This document shows, piece by piece, positions 29,766 to 37,751 of a DNA stretch of 43,703 nucleotides. The DNA is taken from NCBI GenBank assembly GCA_041178085.1, contig JBEGVZ010000088.1, positions 1 through 43,703 on the forward strand, given 5' to 3'. A model generated the notes under the pieces. That model saw only the letters and a list, made by a program, of their open reading frames with translations. It was not told where the DNA came from and made no database searches. Source of the DNA: Pseudomonadota bacterium. Its GTDB lineage: Bacteria > Bdellovibrionota_B > Oligoflexia > Oligoflexales > RGVZ01. Made by a program: the position numbers and the translations under genes. Each line of letters begins with the position of its first letter. Within the stretch, counting starts at the first letter, position 1.

Positions 29766-30989
29766 ATGTCAAAACAGTACCAGGTCGTGATCGCTGGCGC
29801 CGGGATCACCGGTCTTTCCGCAGCCTTGCATCTGATTCTGGAAGGGGCTTCATCCGTCCTCATCATCGCTCCAGATGACATTCCCCCGTCCAGCGCTCGC
29901 TCGCCAGGGTGGATTGTGGGCGGACAACGAGACAACTTCACGCGGGTTGCCCAAGCCCACCAGCCCGACTTTGCGATGGAGCTTTGGCGATTTGGTGACC
30001 GGGCATTCGACCGGACTTTGGCCTGGGCACGGCAGCACCACGTTCCGGTGAACGCAAAGCGGCGTCTGCGTTTAATCGTCACGCCGGAAGAACTGACCGA
30101 GGCCAGATCAGCCGTCGTCATGATGAAATCCTGTGGCATCGCAGCGGATCTCATAGAGGGGTCCGCGCTTGCCGGTTCGCCGTGGAATACCGGCACCGGG
30201 GAACGAGTTCTGGCCATCCAGGACGATGGCGAGCGCGGAGGCTGGATCGATGCGTGCAGCTTCCACGACAAACTTGCTCATGCAGTTACCGCGACAAAAA
30301 AAGTCACCGTCCTGAAAGGCCGGGTCGATCACGTGAGCGGCTACGGCGAGCCGTCGCTCACCGTCAGCACGACCCTCTCGACAGGGGTGCCGCAAAAGAT
30401 CCAGGCGGGTGCGTTTGTAGCGGCGTGCCACCTGCACACCGGCGACGTGATACCCGAGCTGAAGTCCGCGCTGGTGTCCGTGGCGGACCAATGGCTGACA
30501 ATTCAAGCACCACCAATAAGCGCCGGACGAAAACACCCATGGCAGGACGCGGGCGTTGCCTGGTCAGCCATGCACACCCATGAATGGGGCGTCACGGCGC
30601 CCGGCAATCGCTGGCTCCTTGGCGGTGGGCGCGTCCTGCGCAAGTGGGCCGGTTTCGAGGCGACGGAAGCCAAAGCTGAACCCAACATCTCTCGCCACGT
30701 CATCGCGCAGGCAAAGAAGACCTTTACCTCCATGAAGTTTCCCGATGCGCCTGAAGCGAACTCCGAGGGCGCCGGACTCGACTGTTACCCGTGTGACGAA
30801 TTGCCTGTGATTGGCCCCATGTTTGGTGAAGGCCGTATCCTGGTGGCCGCTGGTTTCATGGGGCAGGGAATCACGCTTGGTTTTGAGGCGGGACGCTGCC
30901 TTGCCCGCTTATTGATGACTGGAAGCTGTCCGGAACTTCCGCGCAGGCTGTGGCCTGAGCGGCTGCGGTCATTGCCCGAGGGGGATTAA
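29766..30989 (+). CDS. FAD-dependent oxidoreductase (DAO/DadA/PuuB-like)
   Basis: Rossmann motif VVIAGAGITGLSAA; SARSPG; DELPVIG; AGFMGQGITLG. Confidence 0.85.
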   Translation: MSKQYQVVIAGAGITGLSAALHLILEGASSVLIIAPDDIPPSSARSPGWIVGGQRDNFTRVAQAHQPDFAMELWRFGDRAFDRTLAWARQHHVPVNAKRRLRLIVTPEELTEARSAVVMMKSCGIAADLIEGSALAGSPWNTGTGERVLAIQDDGERGGWIDACSFHDKLAHAVTATKKVTVLKGRVDHVSGYGEPSLTVSTTLSTGVPQKIQAGAFVAACHLHTGDVIPELKSALVSVADQWLTIQAPPISAGRKHPWQDAGVAWSAMHTHEWGVTAPGNRWLLGGGRVLRKWAGFEATEAKAEPNISRHVIAQAKKTFTSMKFPDAPEANSEGAGLDCYPCDELPVIGPMFGEGRILVAAGFMGQGITLGFEAGRCLARLLMTGSCPELPRRLWPERLRSLPEGD

Positions 30990-31001
30990 AAGGCGGATGC
31001 C

Positions 31002-31262
31002 TCAGCGCAATTGCGCAAGTCGTTTCAGGACGCGGTTTTTGAGTCCGCCAAGCGATCTCGGCGAAGGATCCCTGGCAAAGTAAGCCGGCGCAAATTCTGA
31101 CAGCACGACCAAAAGGTCATCCAGGGCAGGCGCAGCAGAAAGCCAAGCTTCAACCACTTCATGGTCTGAGTAGGACAGCATCGTGCCCTTGCCCTTCAAC
31201 TCAAGAAGGTACTGGCTGATGACTTCCTGCGGCCGCGCCGCTGACAGGTCCATGAAACTCAT
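31002..31262 (-). CDS. Small hypothetical protein
   Basis: 86-aa ORF with AGGGG RBS, 23 nt downstream of the receiver-like gene. Confidence 0.55.
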   Translation of the reverse strand: MSFMDLSAARPQEVISQYLLELKGKGTMLSYSDHEVVEAWLSAAPALDDLLVVLSEFAPAYFARDPSPRSLGGLKNRVLKRLAQLR

Positions 31263-31285
31263 GATTGCCCCTTTGACCCGAAGGT

Positions 31286-31801
31286 TTAACGCGGCGGGGG
31301 TCCCGCGCGCAAGGAATTGACTTCATGCTCCAGCATGTTGACCCGGTCCTGCAACCGATCGAGTGTTTCGGAGTAGCGCCGAAGCTCGTGCAAGTGGTCG
31401 TGAATGCGAAGTAAATTGGCGACACGGAGCGGCAGGGAATCGATATGGGCCGGGGTCACGACATCAAAATACCAGTTTGACTTGACTGCATCTTCCATCA
31501 TGGAACGCGCCCTGGCCACCGGCAAGTCGGCAACGATTACCGCGGGGATCCAGATGTCGGCCTGGGCAACCAGACGACGCTGAAACCCGGTTAGCCATTG
31601 CTGGAAATTTTCTTCGGGGACGCCCTGGGATTCCAGAATCAACAGGTCGCACGGCAGAAATTTGGGGTCGTCCATGGCCGAAACTTCGACCAAGTCGATG
31701 TCGACCATGGCCTTCAGGGCCTGCTCAAGCTTGAGCTTTGGCAAGTTGACGAACTTCGGATCGAGGTTGAGAAAACAGGCGCGTGGTCTTCTTGGACGCA
31801 T
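31286..31801 (-). CDS. Atypical receiver-like domain protein with C-terminal coiled coil
   Basis: PCDLLIL and IPAVIV recall receiver beta3/beta4; LPLRVANLLRI; heptad tail LDRLQDRVNMLEHEVNSL. Confidence 0.5.
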   Translation of the reverse strand: MRPRRPRACFLNLDPKFVNLPKLKLEQALKAMVDIDLVEVSAMDDPKFLPCDLLILESQGVPEENFQQWLTGFQRRLVAQADIWIPAVIVADLPVARARSMMEDAVKSNWYFDVVTPAHIDSLPLRVANLLRIHDHLHELRRYSETLDRLQDRVNMLEHEVNSLRAGPPPR

Positions 31802-31867
31802 GGGCTTCCTTCTTCAGTGTTGCAGGATTATTCTATCCTGAAACAACACACGCGGCGGAAATTTCCC

Positions 31868-32953
31868 ATGTCCCAATCGAGGCCGGCCCCCAACTTCCAA
31901 GTCACCGCCACGGCTCCGACCAGAATTGACCTGGCGGGCGGAACGATCGACCTGTGGCCGATCCATCAGCTTCTTGATGAGAAGGCTACCGTTAACTGCG
32001 CCGTGGAGCTCCCCGCCAAAGTGGTCGTGCGGCCTGCGCCAAGCGGAAAATATTCGATCACGAGCCGGGATCAGGGGCTTGAAGTCACAGGTAGCTTTTC
32101 AGACTGCACGTCAAACCAGCAACTGCCACTTCCCGGGATGTTTCTGAAGGCGTGGTGGTCAAAAGACCTTCCGGCGATCGAGATCGTGACCGAGGCAAAG
32201 TCACCAGCAGGGGCCGGGCTCGGTGGGTCTTCATGTCTGGCGGTGACTCTGGGCGGAGCCTTGCTGCGGGCCAAGGCCCTGGTGACGGGCAAGGCGATCA
32301 CGCTTGACGAATACCGCCTGGTCCAGACGGCATCTGACATTGAAGCCCGTCTCATCCATGTGCCGACCGGGATCCAGGACTACTGGGGGGCCGTGCGCGG
32401 CGGACTAAACGTGATCGAATTCCCTGCCGGCCGGGTCGAAATCGAGACCCACGACCCGGATGGCAGAAGCCCCGCGGCCCAGGCCAGCAGAAGGCTGGAG
32501 GAGGAGCTAGTGCTCTGCTTTTCGGGTAAAAGCCGCCGCTCTGCGATCAACAACTGGGAAATCTTCAAACGGGTGTTCGATGGTGACAAGGCCCTGCTAA
32601 AACGCCTTTCAGCCATTGGACATGTGGCTGCACGGTGCGCTGCGGCCGCGCGCGCCGGGGACTACGAAGAAATGATCCGCTGTTCGACCGAGGAATGGGG
32701 TCTGCGCTGCGAACTTTGGCCTGACATCCACACCCAGGAAACCAAACAGCAAGCCGACGCAGCCATCGCCGCAGGGGCAAGGCTGGCCCGGGTTTGTGGT
32801 GCAGGGGGCGGAGGCGTCATGGCGATTGTTTGCCGGAAAGACCGTCAGGCGGCGGTGCGCAGTGCTCTCGAAGCCTCCGGAGGAACAATCCTTGAAGCCG
32901 GCGTCTCGCATCGTGGCCTTGTTGTTCAAGACCAGACAGACGCAACCCCGTAG
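31868..32953 (+). CDS. GHMP-family sugar kinase (HddA-like)
   Basis: APTRIDLAGGTID; PAGAGLGGSS ATP loop; GIQDY; CGAGGGG. Start set at ATG 31868. Confidence 0.85.
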   Translation: MSQSRPAPNFQVTATAPTRIDLAGGTIDLWPIHQLLDEKATVNCAVELPAKVVVRPAPSGKYSITSRDQGLEVTGSFSDCTSNQQLPLPGMFLKAWWSKDLPAIEIVTEAKSPAGAGLGGSSCLAVTLGGALLRAKALVTGKAITLDEYRLVQTASDIEARLIHVPTGIQDYWGAVRGGLNVIEFPAGRVEIETHDPDGRSPAAQASRRLEEELVLCFSGKSRRSAINNWEIFKRVFDGDKALLKRLSAIGHVAARCAAAARAGDYEEMIRCSTEEWGLRCELWPDIHTQETKQQADAAIAAGARLARVCGAGGGGVMAIVCRKDRQAAVRSALEASGGTILEAGVSHRGLVVQDQTDATP

Positions 32954-32970
32954 CTCCGATTTGAAAAAAG

Positions 32971-33870
32971 TCACCGCTCCTGCGTGCGCTTCTGAGACAA
33001 AACCTTCTGGCGGCTGACCAGGGTTGTGTAGGGGAGACCCAGCCGCCGCGCCGCCGTCGAGGAGTTCCCTCCGGCCGAAGCCACAGCACCCTCGATCAAA
33101 AGCAGCTCAAGTGCTTTGCGAACCCGGGAAAATCCCGTGAAGGTTGCCAATTGCAGCAGGTCGCGACCTGAAATGGGAAAACTCCAGCCTGAATGATCCA
33201 GGCGACATAGCCAGGCCAGGTTGCGTTCCTTGCGCCGCAACACATCCAGAATCTGCGCGGCGTCGACCACCGGGCGACCAAGCGAAAAGGCCAGCTGGGC
33301 GGCGACACCAAGCGTGACCCGAAGGTGGGCAAGTTCTCCCGGCCAGCGAAAGTCATGGATCAATTCGAGGGCATCGTTCGCTAACTTGAGGCCGGGAGGG
33401 AAAAAATTCCGTGCCATGATTTCCGCCGCGAGCAAAGCATCCCCCGGACGCGCGGCAAGGGGTGGGATTTTGAGAACGCGCCAACCCTGCACGGCGGCCA
33501 GGCCCGGAACATCTCGATCCTCAGTAAAACAAAAGCAAACTGCCTTTCCTTGGACGGTAAGGTCGCTTGCCTCTTCGACGGGACCGAAAAGGGAAACCGG
33601 CAACGCAGTCGCCTCTACCGGCGGATTGCGAATCGGATACAGGTGCGCCCGTCCACCCATGCAGGACAAAATTGCCAGATGCCGGCTGAACTCAGCCGCA
33701 CCACCACCCGGGGGCGCGAACGTCATTATTTTCAGACCTTGTTGAGAAGGCTCACGATGGGCACGGGAAGCAAGTCCCGTCAGTTCGTTGGCAAAACCAC
33801 GCAGAAGGGCATCCGTTGAGCGGAGCAGGGCCTCGGCCTCAACCGGCATGATGATCGAATGAATTTTCAT
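32971..33870 (-). CDS. Degenerate sigma54-activator-like protein with Fis-type HTH
   Basis: HDFRWPGELAHL resembles the 'YxWPGNVREL' lid; C-terminal GGNSSTAARRLGLPYTTL HTH. No Walker A or GAFTGA found. Confidence 0.55.
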   Translation of the reverse strand: MKIHSIIMPVEAEALLRSTDALLRGFANELTGLASRAHREPSQQGLKIMTFAPPGGGAAEFSRHLAILSCMGGRAHLYPIRNPPVEATALPVSLFGPVEEASDLTVQGKAVCFCFTEDRDVPGLAAVQGWRVLKIPPLAARPGDALLAAEIMARNFFPPGLKLANDALELIHDFRWPGELAHLRVTLGVAAQLAFSLGRPVVDAAQILDVLRRKERNLAWLCRLDHSGWSFPISGRDLLQLATFTGFSRVRKALELLLIEGAVASAGGNSSTAARRLGLPYTTLVSRQKVLSQKRTQER

Positions 33871-33948
33871 TGGGCACACCTTGAGAAGCGTGCCGGTCAA
33901 ACCGCCAAGGAAAAGGCTTAGGAAAAAACGGCGAACGGGTCAACTGCA

Positions 33949-33977
33949 TTGACAAAGCCACGCCCTCAGGACACGAT
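33949..33977 (+). promoter_or_regulatory. Putative sigma70 promoter for trxA-rnhB-yraN
   Basis: TTGACA-N17-CACGAT. Confidence 0.5.
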
Positions 33978-34041
33978 CGCCTGACCGGTTTTTTGCCGGA
34001 TATAAAGGTTTATCGAGCCGTTTTTTTTCGGGAGTCCAGCC

Positions 34042-34368
34042 ATGGGTCAACACACCATCGACATCAACGATGACAGCTTTGAAACTGCAGTGATCAAGTC
34101 AAGCCAGCCGGTCCTGGTCGATTTCTGGGCTCCATGGTGCGGCCCGTGTGTCGCCATCGGTCCCGTGCTTGATTCCCTGGCCGAGGAATACAAGGGCAAG
34201 GTCACGATCGCAAAAATGAACGTTGATGAGAACGCTCACGTACCAGCGACTTTTGGAGTGCGTTCGATCCCGTACATGGCTTTGTTCAAAAACGGCCAGT
34301 TGGTGGACTCTGTGGTCGGAGCGGTGCCCAAGGGCAAACTGGTCGACATGATCAAAAAAGTCCTTTGA
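34042..34368 (+). CDS. trxA: Thioredoxin
   Basis: VLVDFWAPWCGPC; GVRSIP; 108 aa. Confidence 0.97.
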   Translation: MGQHTIDINDDSFETAVIKSSQPVLVDFWAPWCGPCVAIGPVLDSLAEEYKGKVTIAKMNVDENAHVPATFGVRSIPYMALFKNGQLVDSVVGAVPKGKLVDMIKKVL

Positions 34369-34400
34369 TCCAACTCTTGGTTTACAGGTAACGGTCAAGC

Positions 34401-35081
34401 ATGGATCGCGGCGACCTTGAGCGGGCAGCGCTGGAGCGGGGGAACCACCCCGTGGGAATTGACGAGGTCGGTCGCGGCTGCATTGCGGGACCAGTGGTTG
34501 TAGCTGCGGTAGTCCTGGACTATCCGCGGCTTTTTTCTTTGCCGGAAAAAACGCTGGGATTGATCAGGGACTCCAAATCACTCAGTGCACGTCAACGCGG
34601 CCAGGTCGTGCCGGTCATTCACGAGATCGCGCAAGCCTACGCGACAGCAAGCGCCGGCGTCGAAGAGATTGAGCGCCTTGGCATCCTCGGTGCAACGTTT
34701 GTGGCCATGCGGCGTGCCCTTGACTGCATCAACCGGAGCCACGGTCAAAGCTTTGATCTCGTGCTGGTCGATGGCAATCAGAAAATTCCCGAACCTGTTC
34801 TGCCGGGAAGAAGCATATTGCAGCAAACCGTCGTGAAGGGTGACCACTGGTGTTATGCCATCGCAGCCGCTTCGATCCTTGCCAAGGAAGAACGCGACCG
34901 GTTCATGCACCAGCTGGGCGGAGAGCTACCCCAATATGGGTTTGAAAAGCATGTTGGCTATGGGACGCCGCAACACATCGAAAGCCTCAAAGTCCACGGT
35001 GTCAGTCCGTGGCACAGGCGGGGCTTCGAACCAGTTCGTTCCATGTGCCAGCCCATCCCGCCAGAAAGCCAAAACCGCTGA
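34401..35081 (+). CDS. rnhB: Ribonuclease HII
   Basis: GIDEVGRG..AGPVV; DSK; LVDGN; KGD..IAAASILAK; GYGT..H; HRRGF. Confidence 0.96.
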   Translation: MDRGDLERAALERGNHPVGIDEVGRGCIAGPVVVAAVVLDYPRLFSLPEKTLGLIRDSKSLSARQRGQVVPVIHEIAQAYATASAGVEEIERLGILGATFVAMRRALDCINRSHGQSFDLVLVDGNQKIPEPVLPGRSILQQTVVKGDHWCYAIAAASILAKEERDRFMHQLGGELPQYGFEKHVGYGTPQHIESLKVHGVSPWHRRGFEPVRSMCQPIPPESQNR

Positions 35082-35472
35082 AGATTACGTTGCCGAATTA
35101 TTGGCGTCACAAGGCTGGTTGATCATCGCCCGCAATTTTCGTTGGATTGGCACAGAGCTGGACATCCTTGCGCGAAAAGAAAAAACCCTGGTCGCGGTCG
35201 AAGTAAAGTTCCGCAGCCGTGCACCTGAAGACATGTCCGCGATGGAACCCTTGCTGCCACGGAGAAAATTGGCGGCGTTGTATAAAGGCCTGGAAGTTGC
35301 GCAGGTCCGCCTTGCGCCTAGGCTGCATGGAATCATGCACTCACGCATTGACCTTGCGCTGGTAACACCCGCGCAAAATACAAAAGCGCCCCCTGGCACA
35401 GGACCAGAGGGCGCTGGAGAATCCATTCGACCCCATCTTGCCGTCCGCTGGTTTACCGCGATTGGCGGCTAA
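34960..35472 (+). CDS. yraN: YraN/UPF0102 family PD-(D/E)XK nuclease-like protein
   Basis: AEDYVAELLASQGWLIIARNFR; ELDILA; AVEVKFR; RIDL. Start uncertain: nearest in-frame ATGs (34951/34960) lie inside rnhB. Confidence 0.8.
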   Translation: MGRRNTSKASKSTVSVRGTGGASNQFVPCASPSRQKAKTAEDYVAELLASQGWLIIARNFRWIGTELDILARKEKTLVAVEVKFRSRAPEDMSAMEPLLPRRKLAALYKGLEVAQVRLAPRLHGIMHSRIDLALVTPAQNTKAPPGTGPEGAGESIRPHLAVRWFTAIGG

Positions 35473-35491
35473 CGGACGGAAGAAAAGAGAA

Positions 35492-35947
35492 TTACTTGCT
35501 GTCGCCCGCCGGTGCGGAGGAATCAGCAACTTGCTCAGCGTGGTAGTCTTCCTTCGCCACGACCGAGTCGAGCTTCTTGGAAACGTACTTGCTGCGGATA
35601 CGGGCTGCTTTACCAGCGAGATCACGCAGGTAGTAAAGACGTGCGCGGCGGACGATACCCGAAGCCATCACTTCGACTTTGTCCACGTAGGGGCTGCAAG
35701 CCGGGAAAACGCGCTCGACACCAACACCACCTGCGCTGATTTTGCGTACGGTAAAGCTGGAGTCCACAGTGCCCTTGCGGAAGCGGGTGACAACACCCTC
35801 GAACAGCTGGATGCGGAACTTGGATTTGTCCGCGCCTTCTTGGATCTTGTAATGCACGCGAACCGTGTCGCCGGTGCGGAACTGTGCCAGTTTCTTGGAG
35901 CCGCTCCAGACGCGTTTTTCGAATTCAGTGATCAGTTTGTTTTTCAT
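35492..35947 (-). CDS. rplS: 50S ribosomal protein L19
   Basis: [44 protein letters not shown]-terminal extension. Confidence 0.97.
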   Translation of the reverse strand: MKNKLITEFEKRVWSGSKKLAQFRTGDTVRVHYKIQEGADKSKFRIQLFEGVVTRFRKGTVDSSFTVRKISAGGVGVERVFPACSPYVDKVEVMASGIVRRARLYYLRDLAGKAARIRSKYVSKKLDSVVAKEDYHAEQVADSSAPAGDSK

Positions 35948-35994
35948 GGCTTCAGGGGACCTATGTGAACGTTCTCAAAACTATGGAACCAAGC

Positions 35995-36024
35995 CTAATA
36001 ACCCAACATCATTGAAACCGTCAA
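35995..36024 (-). promoter_or_regulatory. Putative sigma70 promoter for rplS
   Basis: TTGACG-N18-TATTAG on the - strand; the -35 overlaps the hemerythrin stop codon. Confidence 0.4.
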
Positions 36025-36569
36025 GCCCGGGCGCGACCTTTCGTCTTGGCCCTGCCGGCATCCCGGGGCGCCTTCAGTTCAGCCGCAATATCAAGACCTT
36101 CCGACCGGACTTCGGCCATCATGTCCTCGATGAGGAGGCCCAGGTCTTCGCGCTCAGCCGTCGGAACGTGCTGACGCAAGCGTGGCATGAGCTGCGTTTC
36201 CTGGACGTCCAGGTGTTGTTCAACGGCCTTTTTCAACCCGGACACGGCGCCAGTAATCGCCTCGGCATCACCGGATTCCGCCGCCGATAGCAGTGATTTA
36301 AGCTGCTTTTTCAGCACCTTGTGATTTGCAGCGCACAAGTCAGCATAGACCTCGGCTCCGGGGAACCGGTCCGCAATCTCAGGAACGAGGAATTCTTCCT
36401 CGGCCTTTAAGTGGGCCAGCAAGTCGACTGCCAGGTCTGCCACCAGGTTCCCGATGGCTGCTTGCGAGCTTCCTGCCCCGCGACTGGCCAAGTCGTCATG
36501 ACCGAGCTTTTCGACTGACCGGAGCATCGACTCGTGATCCAATTTCATCCATTGCAAGATATCCATCAT
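36021..36569 (-). CDS. Hemerythrin-like (HHE) domain protein
   Basis: DH...HLKAEEEFLVP...NH...HLDVQETQLMP; GGAGG RBS before ATG 36569. Confidence 0.8.
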   Translation of the reverse strand: MMDILQWMKLDHESMLRSVEKLGHDDLASRGAGSSQAAIGNLVADLAVDLLAHLKAEEEFLVPEIADRFPGAEVYADLCAANHKVLKKQLKSLLSAAESGDAEAITGAVSGLKKAVEQHLDVQETQLMPRLRQHVPTAEREDLGLLIEDMMAEVRSEGLDIAAELKAPRDAGRAKTKGRARA

Positions 36570-36676
36570 GCCTCCGTCGGCGCCGTCAATAGTGGCGTTG
36601 CGGGGAAATTGCAAGTGCCTTTGCCGGATGACTCCGGTCGACATCGTCCCGGGATTTGGCTAGATGTGGTTTTGCC

Positions 36677-37738
36677 ATGAACGCACAGCTTCAAGAAATC
36701 GCTGCAAAAGTCGAATCGCAACAGAGGGTGTCGCGCTCGGAAGCCAGATGGCTTTTTGAGCACGCGGGCGACGAAGAACTTTCGCACCTTGCGACCATGG
36801 TGCGGCGACGCTTTCATGCAGACGACGAAGCAACCTACCTGATCATGGCGATCGTCAACTACACCAACGTCTGCGTTGCAAAGTGTGATTACTGCTCATT
36901 TTACCGCTTGCCACATCAGGCTGGTACTTATCTGCTCGACTTCGAGCAAGTATGCGGGCGGATTGACGCGCTGCGAGCATACGGGGGCACACTGGTTGCC
37001 TTCAACGGCGGTTTTCACCCGAAATTGCACCTGCGTGACTATGCCGAACTTTTCTCGCGGGTCAGGAATCGTTACGGCAAGGAGCTTGAGTTCTTTGAAA
37101 TGACCGTCGCGGAGTTCATGTTCTCATGCAAGCTGAGCAAGGTTTCCTACGAAGACGGAGCTGCGTTACTTAAGGCTGCCGGCACCAGATGGGTCACCGG
37201 TGGGGGAGCAGAGATTCTTGACGATGGGTTCCGCATGCGTCACAGCCCGGGCAAATACAAGGTGGCCGACTACTTCAATGCCCAGGCTGCGATATTGGGT
37301 TCAGGAATCGGTTCCACGGCGACGCAGGTGATCGGCTTTGACGAATCACTCGACGAACGCTTGAACCACCTTGAAACCCTCCGAAACTTTCAGGACGGTT
37401 CCGCAAGGAAGCTGCCAAGCTTTCTTTGCTGGACCTACAAACCCTGGAACAACGAACTGGGCGGTCAGGAAATCACCACGCAGGAGTACCTGCGCTGGCT
37501 GGCCGTGAGCCGGATATTCCTCGATAATTTCCGCCACATCCGGACCTCCGTCCTGACCCAGAACGAACGCGCCCTCGAAGGACTTCGTTTTGGTGCCGAC
37601 GATTTCGACCTGCCGACGGAGGACGAGGTTACCCAGAAAGCTGGCGCCACCATCCACCATGATTTCGAACGGATTCTTTCTGCTGCCCGCACCGATGGTT
37701 TCAAGGTATCCTACCGGAAACCATTTCCTGTCGAATAA
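36677..37738 (+). CDS. Radical SAM protein, CofH/MqnC family (dehypoxanthine futalosine cyclase-like)
   Basis: NYTNVCVAKCDYCSFYR (CxxxCxxC); GGFHP; GGGAEIL; LRNFQD; YLRWLAVSRIFLDNF; GADDF. Confidence 0.8.
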   Translation: MNAQLQEIAAKVESQQRVSRSEARWLFEHAGDEELSHLATMVRRRFHADDEATYLIMAIVNYTNVCVAKCDYCSFYRLPHQAGTYLLDFEQVCGRIDALRAYGGTLVAFNGGFHPKLHLRDYAELFSRVRNRYGKELEFFEMTVAEFMFSCKLSKVSYEDGAALLKAAGTRWVTGGGAEILDDGFRMRHSPGKYKVADYFNAQAAILGSGIGSTATQVIGFDESLDERLNHLETLRNFQDGSARKLPSFLCWTYKPWNNELGGQEITTQEYLRWLAVSRIFLDNFRHIRTSVLTQNERALEGLRFGADDFDLPTEDEVTQKAGATIHHDFERILSAARTDGFKVSYRKPFPVE

Positions 37739-37751
37739 TAGCGGGTGAAAC

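Noticed and set aside
31598..31867. 90-aa N-terminal extension of the GHMP kinase in the ORF track
   Set aside because: Overlaps the divergent gene 31286-31801; family similarity starts after ATG 31868.
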